Source: Spirogloea muscicola (Eukaryota). Taken from it: a DNA stretch of 35,322 nucleotides. Each line of letters opens with the position of its first letter. Positions within the stretch are counted from its first letter, which is position 1. Positions 13,186-24,889 of the stretch are shown here, in pieces. The stretch is taken from the NCBI GenBank assembly GCA_009602725.1, contig WELB01000020.1, forward strand, positions 867,385 through 902,706, written 5' to 3'. The notes under the pieces are model-generated. The model was not told the origin of the DNA. It saw nothing but the letters and a program-made list of their open reading frames with translations, and did no database searches. The translations under genes were made by a program, and so were the position numbers.

Positions 13186-13907
13186 GGCGCCGCCGCGGCT
13201 CCAGCGCGGGGACCGAGAAGGGCGCGGACGCCGGAGACACGTTCCGCCTAGGCGCGGGCGCCAGCGGCCATGGCGCCGGCCGCGGTGGGAGCGGGCATGG
13301 GGGGCGTGGAGGGGCGGCCTACTACGGCGGCTGCTGGTCGGGGGGGCTTGGCTTTTTGAACGCAGCTCGGCTGAACAACGGCTGAACAAGAGGCGGGACG
13401 AGCGAGCAACGAGATCGCGCCTCGGCTTCACGTTCCGTCCGCGTTGAATGGCCCCCACCACACCCCGCGCGGGCATGGCCTTGATTTGACAGGAGCAGGT
13501 TGGGTGCTCAACATCTCGAGAGAAAGGAACTTGGTATACTCCACTTTGAAGGTACACTTTACTGCTCATTTCTCCTTTTTCTTCTTTTTTGGGGCGGGGG
13601 GGGTATTATACAGACTTCTTGAATTGAGCAGCCGAAGCTCCCAGCGCCACCAGCTCCTGGAAGTGCCGCCAGCGCCGCCGCCGCCGTCGCGGGCCGCCAA
13701 AGGCAGGCTGCTCCCCGTGGCCGGCCTGGAGTCGGCCGTGGTCGCTCCTCCAGCCACTCGACCAGGCTGCGACTCCCCATCTGCTGCGGCCGGTCTGAGG
13801 GGCCTGCCAATTCCGGCGATGTCCCTGGGCCGGCTCATGGCGGCCTTCCCTCTGGCGCACGGCTTGCAGCAGGCCTTCTGACGACTCTAGTGCACAAGCT
13901 AGTGCCG
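13186..13907. promoter_or_regulatory. Putative shared (divergent) promoter region of TOP2 and the PPR gene
   Basis: Head-to-head start codons ~720 bp apart in GC-rich DNA. One AACGG (MSA core) at 13377-13381. The call is inferred mainly from position. Confidence 0.45.
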
Positions 13908-16900
13908 ATGCGGGCATTGGAGCCCTGCCACGTAGAGCTCGCCGGCGCCAGTCTGCTGTGCGCTCGCTGCAATGTATCGGTGTCAGGAGATCGGCTCCAT
14001 CCCTGTCCAGTGGCAACCGTGGGTCCGGCGCAGCGGAACCTCCACTTGGGGGCGGCCAAGTCTAACGGAGGCCGGCGCCATGATGCTCCCAGTGCTTGCC
14101 GGTTGGCTCGTGGCTGCACCTTGCACCTCGCCAGCTGCGAGCTCAAGGCCCCAGGAGCTTGCTTTGCTGCCCCGACGTCCCGGGCGAGGAGTCGCGACTC
14201 TCACGGTCTACCGGCACTCGGTTTGTCCAGCATTGCTCAATTAAGGATTTTGTGGGGCCCACTGGCGGCCTCTGCAAGCTGCCAAGCTGCTGCAGGGGCA
14301 CTGGTGGAGGTGGCGGAGACTGGTCACGGTGCTCTCCAGTGCGGCGACGGTGAAAAGAGACACCCGCCACTGGTGGAGGCGCGTTCGCTTGCTGCCTCGC
14401 TGGTGGACGCTACCAATGTCTGTGACGTAGCAAACGCGCTTCAAGGGCAGCCGCGGCACGCCCTCCCTGCGTACTCGTCTGCTATTCAGGTCAGCTGGAA
14501 ATTCTGCACTATTCTATACCCCAGTGCCATGACAAGCAGGCCAGATTACTTGTTGAGTACCGACTAGCCTTAGTGTAGCTGATGTTACTTGAGTCCAAGT
14601 TGTCAATTATATAGGCCTTAGCCAATCAAAGCTCATAAAAGTCCCAGAATCACCAGATGCAATTCTGCTCAGAAGCCCCTATCCTAGCTTGGATGTAATT
14701 GATGGCCAATGTGCAATCGTGTCGGTGCGTTTACACGGAGCAGAGGCTGGGCAGAGCCAAGCGGCCCGAGGCGGCCGCAGCACTCTTCGAGTGGCTGGAA
14801 TCAGCCGGCGGCAATCTTGCACCAGACGTACGCGCATTCAACGCCCTTCTGGGAGTGCAGCAGGCGGCGGGGCAGATCGGCACAGCACTTGAGGTGCAAC
14901 AGCGAATGATCAAGCGTGGCGTGGAGGCAGACGTGGCGACATATAACATGCTCATTGGCCTGCATGGCAAGTGTGGGAATGCGGAGGCGGCTGTCGGGGC
15001 TTTCAATGCAATGAAAGTTGCAGGACTGCAGCCCGACAAATTCAGCTACCGCACGCTCGCCCAAGCCTGCGAGCGCGTCGGTTGCTTTCGCCAGGCGCTC
15101 GAGGCATATGCGGAGCTAGTCAATGGGCAGCCATTGAGCTATGAGGTGGCCTGCTGCCAAGGGGGCGGGGTGGCGACCGCACGGCTCGGCGCCCGTCTAG
15201 AGCAGCGTGCCACCCCCGTCATGCGGGGCATGCTGGCAGCAGGGCAGCCTGAGGAAGTGCTTGAGCTCTTCCGGCTGCTCTGCCGGCCGCAGCTGCAGCC
15301 AAGCGCTGACGGCTTTCGGCACGCCCTGCTAGCCTGTGCGGCATGTCATGACAATGTCCGTCGCCACACCCTCTCAGAGTCCATGCTGCTGTAAACCCCA
15401 CTCCATACAAAGCCCTAGACTGTAATTTTCAGGTGCATCTTGATTGAAGTCCTGAAGAGTGTGACATTCATGTAATGCCGTGCAACGTAAGTTGCTCAAC
15501 CAGGCCATGATTGACAATTTCTGCAGGCGATTATACAGGTATTACAAAGCTGCCAGGAATAGTCAATCATGGCTTGGTTGAGATTGCAGGCAGCAGTTAT
15601 TGGAAGTCAGGTGCAGATTTTAAGAATTCCTGTTAGGGGCTTAGTGATCTTATAACCTAGGCTTTTTCCTTAGTAGTTACTTGGTGCAGAGGAGTTCATT
15701 TCACGCGGCATCGAAGTTTCAACTGAAGGTGCTGATAGCTGTCATTTTCGGGGGTCAGTCAGTCATGCAGACACTAGCGGTGCTGCAAGGGCCTCCTGAT
15801 GACGGTCGTCGATTGCACCTCTGGCAGACGAACCGTCCTCGAGACATTTATATGATAATGCGTGAGCGTGGCTTCCAGCCGACTGCGCAGCTGTGCAATA
15901 CAGTCATTGCCAACCTTGGCCGGGGCCGTCGCTGGTGGGCCGCGCTGGAGGTGAGCCCCCAACATGCGCCGTCTTCTTGATGCAACTGCAAGGTCAGCTG
16001 CGTGCAGTGGTAGCGCTACCTCTCAGGTGCCAGCTGACCTCCCGCAGAAGTCACATTGCTTCTCTGTGTGAGCAGGTCTTTGAGGACATGCAGGACCAAG
16101 GACCAGCCCCTGACCGAGCAACCATTGGCCTCCTGCACCAGCACTTTGCTGTCCTCCTCGGTGCCGCCAAGAGAAGGCGGCTCTGGAAGTGGGCTCTCCA
16201 GCTTCTGGAGAAGATGCTTGAAAAGGCAAGCTCTGACGTTGCAATGCTGCAAGCGTTCCTCATGCACAATGTCTTCTTCAGATATCATCTGGGAATTGAG
16301 ATTGACACTGAAGGCTTCAATGTTGATATCTGGTATTCTGGAGAAATTGGCAATAGCAATCATTCTTGACCAGGCCACCTGAATAATGTGCGACCAAGGG
16401 GGCAGTGCCCTGATTGTGGAGGCCTGCAATTGCAATGCTGGGCAGGGCTTGGAGCCGGAGGAGGTGGCGTGGCACAGCGTGCTTGTGACGTGTGCCGGCG
16501 CTGGGGCTGCCACGTCAGCTGTTCGCGTCTTCGATCAGATGCAGCTCCGAGGCTTCCCTGCGGGCCCAGTGGCGTTCGGGGCACTGCTCAGTGCCTACGA
16601 GAAGGTCATAAGCGGGACTACCTTCATGCCGCCTAGTGTATAATCAGCTTCCTTGGCAAAGCCCTCAAGCCATAAACTGCACTCGAGTTGCACATATCAT
16701 CCTGGTTCAGGGCTTGGAGAATGGACCAGTCTGCATCTGCAGAAAGAATCCGTTTGTCTGAGGTTACAGAGCCTTCGCTCTGTCGTTGCCACTAAGTGCC
16801 TGGCCATAGCGGGAGTGAGCCTCACCGGTACAGCCTCTTTTGACATTATATTATTTTGCCAAACAAGGCACTTGCCCTTCAATGCCAACTTCACACATTT

Positions 16901-17688
16901 TGAGCCCAACATGCCAGACTTATATCACTGGGTGGAACGAGCTTTGCGCAGGCTGACCAGCTGGAGGATGCTAAGCTGCTGTGGGACCAGATGATTCAGG
17001 AGGGTGTTGCCCCCAACATGCACGCCTACACCACCATGATCTCTGCTTACGGCAAACGGGGCCAGTATGGCTGCGCCCTGCGCGTGTTCGAGGAGCTCAG
17101 CCAAGCCGGGCTGCCGCTCACAGTGGTCCCTTACAATGCTCTTATTAGCGCCTGCGTCCGGACTGGTGATGGTCTACGAGCTCTTCACATTCTCGAAGAG
17201 GTGAGCAGGGGTTTCTAGCAGCGTGGCATTGCCAGATTATAATGTTTAGTTGAGATTCTACCACGTCATATATTCAAGTGCACAGCGTATGCTGAATGGC
17301 AGCAGGGCTGTGCCTCCTCTTTGGCTGCAAGCTGGGCATCCAGCTGCATAGATGATCAGATGTGTACTCAACTTCGCAGCAAGAAAGCACCTCAACAACA
17401 ACACTCACCTCAATACATTTGCAGATGAAATTGGCATCAATAGAGCCCGATGCGATCTCCTATCAGGAGACAATTGAGGCTCTGGCGTTGGAGGGGCAGT
17501 GGAAATCTGCTGTGGATGCCTTTACCACATCCCTGCGGAAAGGTGTAAAACCCACATCCGTCACGCGTCGGACCATCACACGCATCCGCCAGGAAAAGGG
17601 CTCTGACTATCTCAGGACATGTCAGCTCGTAGGAAAATTCATCCAACCATGTCATTTGCCCTTCTCGTATACGCATAACAGTACATGA
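13908..17688 (+). CDS. LPE1: P-class pentatricopeptide repeat protein, LPE1 (At3g46610)-like, probably plastid-targeted
   Basis: Multiple PPR motifs (PDVRAFNALL, ADVATYNMLIGLHGKCG, PNMHAYTTMISAYGKRG). The stretch WWAALEVFEDMQDQGP..HFAVLLGAAKRRRLWKWALQLLEKMLEKGLEP resembles my recollection of LPE1 (WWAALEIYEDLLDEGP..HFNILLSAA.KRGIWRWGVRLLNKMEDKGLKP). The start ATG at 13908 is tentative. Confidence 0.8.
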
Positions 17689-18117
17689 GGGCTATATGTC
17701 TCCATTAGCTTGCTCCCTCAATACTCATGCACAAGATAGAATAGCACTGCTCTGCACATTAAGAGAAATATTAGACTTTGTGTCTTGCCACAAACAAAGA
17801 ATATAAAAATTTACACCATTGTAAATCGTGTAAATGATGAGCGATCTTGAACGCCGCTCGTATAACAATATCTTTCTACTGCCCAATCAGGATAATATGT
17901 AAAGCACAAAGCAAGACTGGCCTCTGCAGCACTTGGCATGCAGGAGCATGCAGGTCGCAGGAAGTCAACTGCCAACCTGTACACAGCTATCTGCTGCTGG
18001 CCACATGAATAAGAATAGAATCTATGGGAAAGGGAATCCTAAGTTGCCACAAGCGCCTTGAGTATGAAGAGATGGACATTGCTGCAGCATTGATGGCATA
18101 GTGTTCGTTGAATGCAG

Positions 18118-21100
18118 TCAAGTCAGAATGATGCGAGCTCTAGGTTCAGGCTCCAGCTTCTTTGCTTCCGCCACTGCAGCTGCCATTCGCTCAGTGAAGA
18201 GACTCCACTCATACTTCTGACGGCTCTCAATCTGAACAGGCTCAAAGGAGATCACGCCATGAGTCTTGTGCTTGAGAAGAAGAACGTGCATACCTTGAGC
18301 TAAGGTGTTGCTCATTGTGCGCAAGGACAACTGAGGTCCACAGGCATGGACTTAGACAACAACCTACTTGCTGATTATCACGCCGGCTCTGGCTCATCAT
18401 TTGCAGCAAATTTACAATAGCAAGCTGGTTCTCTTTGATAAACTGAGACAACAACTAAACAATAAAGAAATATGATAACCTCGATAGAATTACCTCGCCC
18501 CAGATATTAGCCTTGTCATCTCTTTCCTGCATGAAGTGATAGCAGAAACATGCTTGAGCCTTTAATCAGACAACTCAGACATCAGCATAAATTATATATT
18601 CAAAGCACCCTATGTACAAGTGCTCGCAATAGGGCATGCACGAGTAATTACAACACTGCAACTTAGAAGCGACTGAACCTAGCCTAGAATGTCTACTGTT
18701 GTGGATTGATGCTTACAGGCTTTATTGTCACAGGCTTCAGGACGACGTACTGAGCATCGACAACACCAATTGTCTTGTGAGGGAGCCCCTGAGAGAGCTT
18801 TGCAGCGAGGTCAACCACAAGGTCTTTAAGCACTTACATGAGCCCTCAACAGAAATAGCTAAGAGGAGTAATACAGAGATACTTTCAAGTAGCAGCCAAC
18901 ATACACTGAGGCATGTAGAGCTCATGGGGTGATACAAATAGCCATTGTAACAAGCAATAGGGCACCATTGTAACAAGCAACCCTGTGGTCGATTATCTGA
19001 CAGACAGGGCAGACATGGTGAAGTGCTAAACCTGGGCGCATTTATGAATGTTGAAGTCCAGGCCCCAGCCATGGACCAAGTCGTTCTGCACAGAGCAAGC
19101 TGCCTATCAGGACGCTTGTAGCTTTGCACTGTATGCACAAGCAGGCACAGGTGGTCAGAAAGTGCAAAAAGCACAAAGGAGCACACCAGCAATAATTGCA
19201 GTGAGTGAATGGGCTGCATGTGGCCTTAATCTTGCCTGTATCAAGTGCCAGACACATCGCCAAGCCTTCCTGGTAAACACTGGCACCTGCATCTCCACAA
19301 AGCTGGACAGCCCACCGACAACAACGACAATAGCATCATTGTGGGGTGTGCAAGCAACAAAGCCAACAATGCATGGGGGTGCGCAGCTGCTGCTGAAGGC
19401 CTCGGCTCACCCTGAGCAGGGAGGATCGTGAGGCTTCTTGCACCAACCCGGGTTCTCCTTGACAATCCTGTACAAGATAAGGGCCGCAGACATCTGACTT
19501 AAACTCGAGGCTTGTAATGACCACTGGCCTTTTCAAGTGGACTAGAACGCCCTTCCATGTAATACATTACAGCTGCAGCGTGAATACAGAGCAGTGTTAA
19601 GTCGGCTGGAGCATGGTAGCCCATTTATGAGGTACAATCTATATAGAGACTGGCACAAAGCCAATGATATCTATCGAAATCTTACTTGTGCACTTCTGAA
19701 TCTGGAAGCCTCCGTGTCATCTGCCACGGGCGCGGCTTGTCTGCGGGGTACTCGACAGCAGGCTGAGAAATCTCCAAGCCATGCGCTTTCACCAACTCCA
19801 GGTACCTGCACACATCAAATATCTGTGAAGCTTGACAATCTGCCAACAGCAGTACATGGGCCTGAAGCTGTCAACCAATGGCAGGCCAGCCACTGCCTAA
19901 GAGCATGTCAGACATGTCCGCTCGTCATGCAAATTGTGTCCACGCATCCCCTTCGACGTGAATAGGACCAGAAAGAACAACTTTGACTGGCCAGTTCATA
20001 TATCCCACAAAGCAACTTGAGAGAGCTTCAGCAAGGCTAGAGCTCTTTGTGTCAACCCCACAAGTAGGTTCAGCTGGAGTGCGCCTGAGAGGCGGTGGCC
20101 AGCTTGCCTGAGAGGTTCAAAGTTGTCGCTGCCAACAGTCTGGTCCCAAAGCCACACGTAGTCATAGGCATCCACAATGCTGGGGTGGAGGAAGCGCTTG
20201 GTGAACCACCTGCGGAGTTGATGTGGATAGATTATGCAAGGAGTCCTCCGGCAAAAGATTGAGGTGGGGCTCCACCAAGGATGAGGTGAGACACGAGCTT
20301 CCTTGGCTGCTTGGACACTCAGAGCAGGAGTCACGGGGGCACAGCTTCATGTATATCTTACTTTCTAACATGCTGATTTGGTAACTGGAGACCTGGAAAG
20401 CATTGAGAATAGCTCTTATATCATGGATGAGAACGATCAGGCCTACAGAAATCACAACGAAAGCTCCATTCAGGGGTCCGTTGTCCAGAGGCTGCACACC
20501 ACTTGGTTTGACCCTCGGCCACAACATGTGTCGCCCGCTGAGCCCAGTCGTACTCAAGCCAGTCGTCCATGCGGCCATCGCTGTGGCACAGCATCACCGT
20601 GAAGTGCTGGGAAGGGAACTGGCGGTTGCGGAGGAAAAGTGCCTGAGTAAGTACATCCTCTACTTCCGGTGGATCTCTATCAGAAGGTCTTTGCAATGTA
20701 CTGTTATAAGGGTGGAAGCCCAAGATGATGCATTAGATGGGTCAATGGGTCCAGTCGGCTAGCTCCAGAATAAAAGAGGGTAGCTGCAACCAGGGCAATA
20801 GCATGGGGTGCTTGTGATCTGAAGCTAAGAATTGTAAAGGCTGCCCTGGAGATGCAGATGCCCTGGCGATCCGAAAACTTCTAAACTTCAGAACTCTTTC
20901 ATCCTTAGAGGTCTCAGCTGGTAGCGTCTGGTCCGCTAACACTGGTCGCCCTGCTAGAACATTTGTGCGAGCAGAGTGCTATGACAAGGCAAGGCATCTA
21001 ATCTGCTGCAGGGAAGGCAGGCGAGGACCTTGGAGACAAGTTGGTCCATATCATCGAGCCGCTGGTCGTCCACAAAGAGTACCAGGAGGCTTTCCGCCTT

Positions 21101-21961
21101 GGATGGCAGGTCCTGCAAGGACATCAGGGCCTCAGGACACAAACCAGCACACGTCGTTCTGTACAACTGGGAAAACATCTTGCAGCCCTGACAATCACGA
21201 CTTCACATTCACGACATACATGCTGTTATATTCTTTGTGGTCCAAAGACAAAGGTCTGAGGATCTACAGTCAGAGGTCTTGACTACAGGGCAGGGCCACA
21301 GGGCTGCACCTCCTCCGGCGCGCCCAGCAGACGCCTCAAGTAGAGGTCGGAGGTGGCCACCACGATCTTTGGTGGGAGGCCCAGCGCTTCCTTGGGGACC
21401 GTGGCCACCTCGCGCTGGTGAATACGACGTAAGCATGATGTTGGAGGTTGCTGGGCATCACTGACTTGATGCTTGTCAGAGACCAGAGCAAGTATGAACT
21501 AGTGGCACACCCCCCAATGAACAGACGGCCACCAGATGAGTCACGCTGCGATGGGTCGGGTAGGCCGAGCATCCGCGAGTCGTACTCGGTTCTCGCAGTA
21601 CGAGACAGAAGAGGGCAGGCGCGCACCTGGCGGGGGGGGGGCATCGCGACCTTCGACTCCAGGCGGCAAGTGGCAATGGCAGCTGGGCTGAGCCATGGCA
21701 ACTGGGGATGGACAAGTGCGTCAATGTCAGGGGTCCACATCGAGCTCGCTGAGAGCCTGCTCGCCTGCTCCAGCGACGGCACCAGGCGCGGTGCAAGGGG
21801 GGCTTGGGCGGCCCAGGCAGCACCTGCGCGACGAGGAGGCCGGCGGCGACCCCGAAGGCCAGGCCGGAGGCGGTGAAGAGCCACGGGTGGAGGCGATGGT
21901 GGTCGAGCCGCCGCTTGCCGCCGCCGCCGCCACCGCCACTGCAGCAACCCCAGGCCGCCAC
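18118..21961 (-). CDS. DUF707-family protein (putative type II membrane, glycosyltransferase-like); 5' end unresolved
   Basis: Spliced translation gives GLPPKIVVATSDLYLRRLLG, QTKWWFTKRFLHPSIV, YLELVKAHGLEISQP, PGWC..PPCSGFVEM..PVFTRKAWRCVWHLIQNDLVHGWGLDF, IGVVDAQY and EWSLFTERM, all characteristic of plant DUF707. TM-like segment WLFTASGLAFGVAAGLLVAQ near 21825-21885. Stop ends at 18118. Confidence 0.88.
18942..18980. repeat. 16-bp direct repeat with a 7-bp spacer in a DUF707 intron
   Basis: CCATTGTAACAAGCAA at 18942-18957 and 18965-18980. Confidence 0.85.
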
Positions 21962-22328
21962 TGTCAGCCTCGAGCTGCTGGCGAGCCGAGCCGGCCACCA
22001 ACAGTGCTGTGAGCCCTGGCTGCGGCGGCGGCGGCGGCGGCGGCGGACATGGCGGCCAGCAGCCCGGCAGCGGACCTCGGGGCCCGCGAGGTCGCGGAGG
22101 CGCGCAGCACGATGGCGAGCGCAAGGAGGAGCCCCAGAAGAACGTGCAGGCCGCTGCGGTGGTCAGCGGCGACGGCGGCCCGGCCAGACAGCTCCGACTC
22201 GGCGCTCGCCGCCAGAAACGGCGGGGACAGCGCGGCGCCATTGCCGGCGCCGCCGCCGCCGCCGCGCATCGCGGCGCCACGGGGCCGTCGCAGCTGCAGC
22301 AGCGAGGAGCCGAGCTACGCAGCCACTG

Positions 22329-22611
<283 letters not shown>

Positions 22612-22696
22612 CATTCACCGCGGTGGCTCTTCTGCCAGATGTGCCGCGACCCGCTGGAGGTCGCGGGTGTGGACGCCCTCGTGGACAAGTACGGCA

Positions 22697-22730
<34 letters not shown>

Positions 22731-23130
22731 CGGCGGCGGCCGTTCCGGCGGTGAGCGGAGGCGGCGCTGCCGTTGCCGCCTTTGCATTTCATGGCGGCCT
22801 GCAGCAGGGCCAGCCATGGCGATGCTGCCGGAGCTCACAGGATGCCCCTGCTGCTGGCCGGAGCCGCGATCCCGACGCGCGCAGGACCGCATGCGGCGGC
22901 GGCAGCGGCGCCGGCGGCGGCGGGCGCTGGCAGCGTGCTCCTGGGCAGCCGCATGGACCACTCTTTTGTGGTGCTCGGCAACGGCAAGCAGCGAGCAGCC
23001 CCCGGGGCCCGTGGGGGCGGGAGCGGTGCAGCAGCCGCCGACGGCGGCCCGGCAGCCGGCGTGCGGGGCGCCATGGACGGGTCGTTCGTCATGCTCCCCT
23101 CGGCTGCGGCGTCCATCTACGCCGGGGGCG

Positions 23131-23161
<31 letters not shown>

Positions 23162-23170
23162 GGGCAGCGG
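22612..23170 (+). CDS. ATG6: ATG6/Beclin-1 N-terminal fragment (two exons, partial)
   Basis: PRWLFCQMCRDPLEVAGVD, then intron 22751-22884 (GT-AG, phase 1), then GSVLLGSRMDHSFVVL...AMDGSFVMLPSAAASIY. This matches the plant ATG6 N-terminus (PKWVCQNC..L.IVGVD; SVLGSTRMDNSFVVL; MEESFVVLP.AAAS.Y). No coiled-coil or BARA domain follows. Confidence 0.8.
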
Positions 23171-24511
23171 CAGCGACGGCGCGCCGATCCGCATCTCGCT
23201 GCCACTGAGGATCATCCTCGGCCGCCGATCGGGCGGCTCCGGAGCAGGCGACTGTGTCCTGCAGCTGCTCCGCCTCGACGTCGGCGCCTCTCCGATTGCC
23301 GGCGGCGGCGGCGGCGGCGGCGGCCGAGACGGCGGCGGCGGCGGCGGCGGCTGCCCACTCAGGTCCATGTCCAGCCTGCGCACGACCACTCTAGTGCTGC
23401 CTCAGCCCTGCCCCCTGACGCTGACGCTTGGCAGTGGTGTCGGGCTGACTGCCCCCACCTTGCCAACTCCGCCGCAGCAGCATTGCCAGCGCCGGGCGAC
23501 GCCGAGCTCCTGGCGGGTGGCCGACGCGGCTGCTCGGCAGCGCCAACGCCGCCCTCGTCCTGCTGCTGGCCCAGGTACGGCGCTGCTCTCGGGAGCAGAA
23601 AGTATGAATGGTGCGCCACTTTGGCCTCCGAGGTCATGTGCGGAGGTTGAAGTCCAGGCAGGCCGGTGAGCAGCCTCAGTGCTGGAGAGCCACTTGCTGG
23701 CTTTCCGATAGTTGGCAGCTTGATTGCGCTGTCAGCCTCTCCTGCATGGCTGCACGGGCATTGGCGTTCTCATTGCCGTTCTTGCTGCCGTTGACGCCTG
23801 TGCCACAGGCGTTCCAGCCCTTGGTGGCGGACGTGGCGGAGCCCCTGCTCGCCATGTTAGGCTTGACGGCGTGCCTAGCCTCCCATGGCCCCCCCGGGGG
23901 CCTCCACCACCTGAGAGGCCAGCTGACCCTGGCAGCCTGGCTGCCGGGCTGGTCACACGGGTGGGGCGTCGTGCACCTCGGCGACTTCTCGCTCGCCTCC
24001 ACGGCGCTGGCAGCCACCCGATATCTCCTTCGGCGATTCGCACCGAAGTTTTTCGTGAGTTTCTTGCATCCCCTTCCCTTACTGGCGCCTGCAGCTGCAG
24101 CGCAATGTCGCAGCTTACACGCTCAGCTCTGGCAGACTGTTGAGGCCGAGTGTGACAACGGTCGTGCTCGTGCTGTGGCAGCACATGCTCCGGTGTGCCG
24201 GAGCGGCAATCCCAGTCACAGCTTCCTATGCCCGCACGAAGGTGCTGGCCAAGAGGCTCAGCGAGAGCAAGGAGGGCGCTGAGCTGGTGGAACTAGCCTT
24301 TGCTCGGCTCCAAAAGACGGCTGCAGGCAGGAGGAGCGGTGGCAGCAGCAGGGGCAGTGGCGGCAGTCAGGCCGTGGGTCTCCCAACAGTTTCTGCGCAG
24401 GCGCTGATGGAGCAGCTTTGGCAAAGCCAGCATCGCTTTGCGGCTGCGCGCCTCTGCCACCTGCTTACTGACTTCCACGAGTACGCGCCGCGGGGCTTCA
24501 CTCAGCCTTAA
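23171..24511 (+). CDS. Spliced ORF of unknown function (3' part of an unidentified gene)
   Basis: In-frame GT-AG introns 23363-23480, 23575-23808 and 24055-24100 give ..CPLSIASAGRRRAPGGWPTRLLGSANAALVLLLAQAFQPLVADVAEPLL..RRFAPKFFRNVAAYTLSSGRLLRPSVTTVVLVLWQHMLR..HEYAPRGFTQP*. No family recognised; the exon model is tentative. Confidence 0.5.
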
Positions 24512-24889
24512 ACCCTTTGCAAGTATTCTTACACGAACTCTAGACCCTTGCACTGACAGACAACACCCTGATCCAAACCCTGGCCCCACTTGTACCACCT
24601 GAAAATTTGGTACTAATCTCATGTTGCTCACTCCCTCGACAACTGCGTCTGCAAATCTATGCAGGTTCAGACATAGAAGGTCTTAGGGGGGTGAAGCAAT
24701 GCAGGCCAGCTTGCTGTGGGTACTATCCTGGGAGCTCCTTGGCCGCCTCACGTCACAACGATCCTCTAGCACTTCGTCAGCTGCCATCGAAGCTCTTGCC
24801 GCATGCTAAACAGAGTGTGACTGCCGACTCCTTGCAGGACGCCGCCGCTTGGGCGGCTTCTGGTCCTGGCCGAGCGGATCACAATAGTG

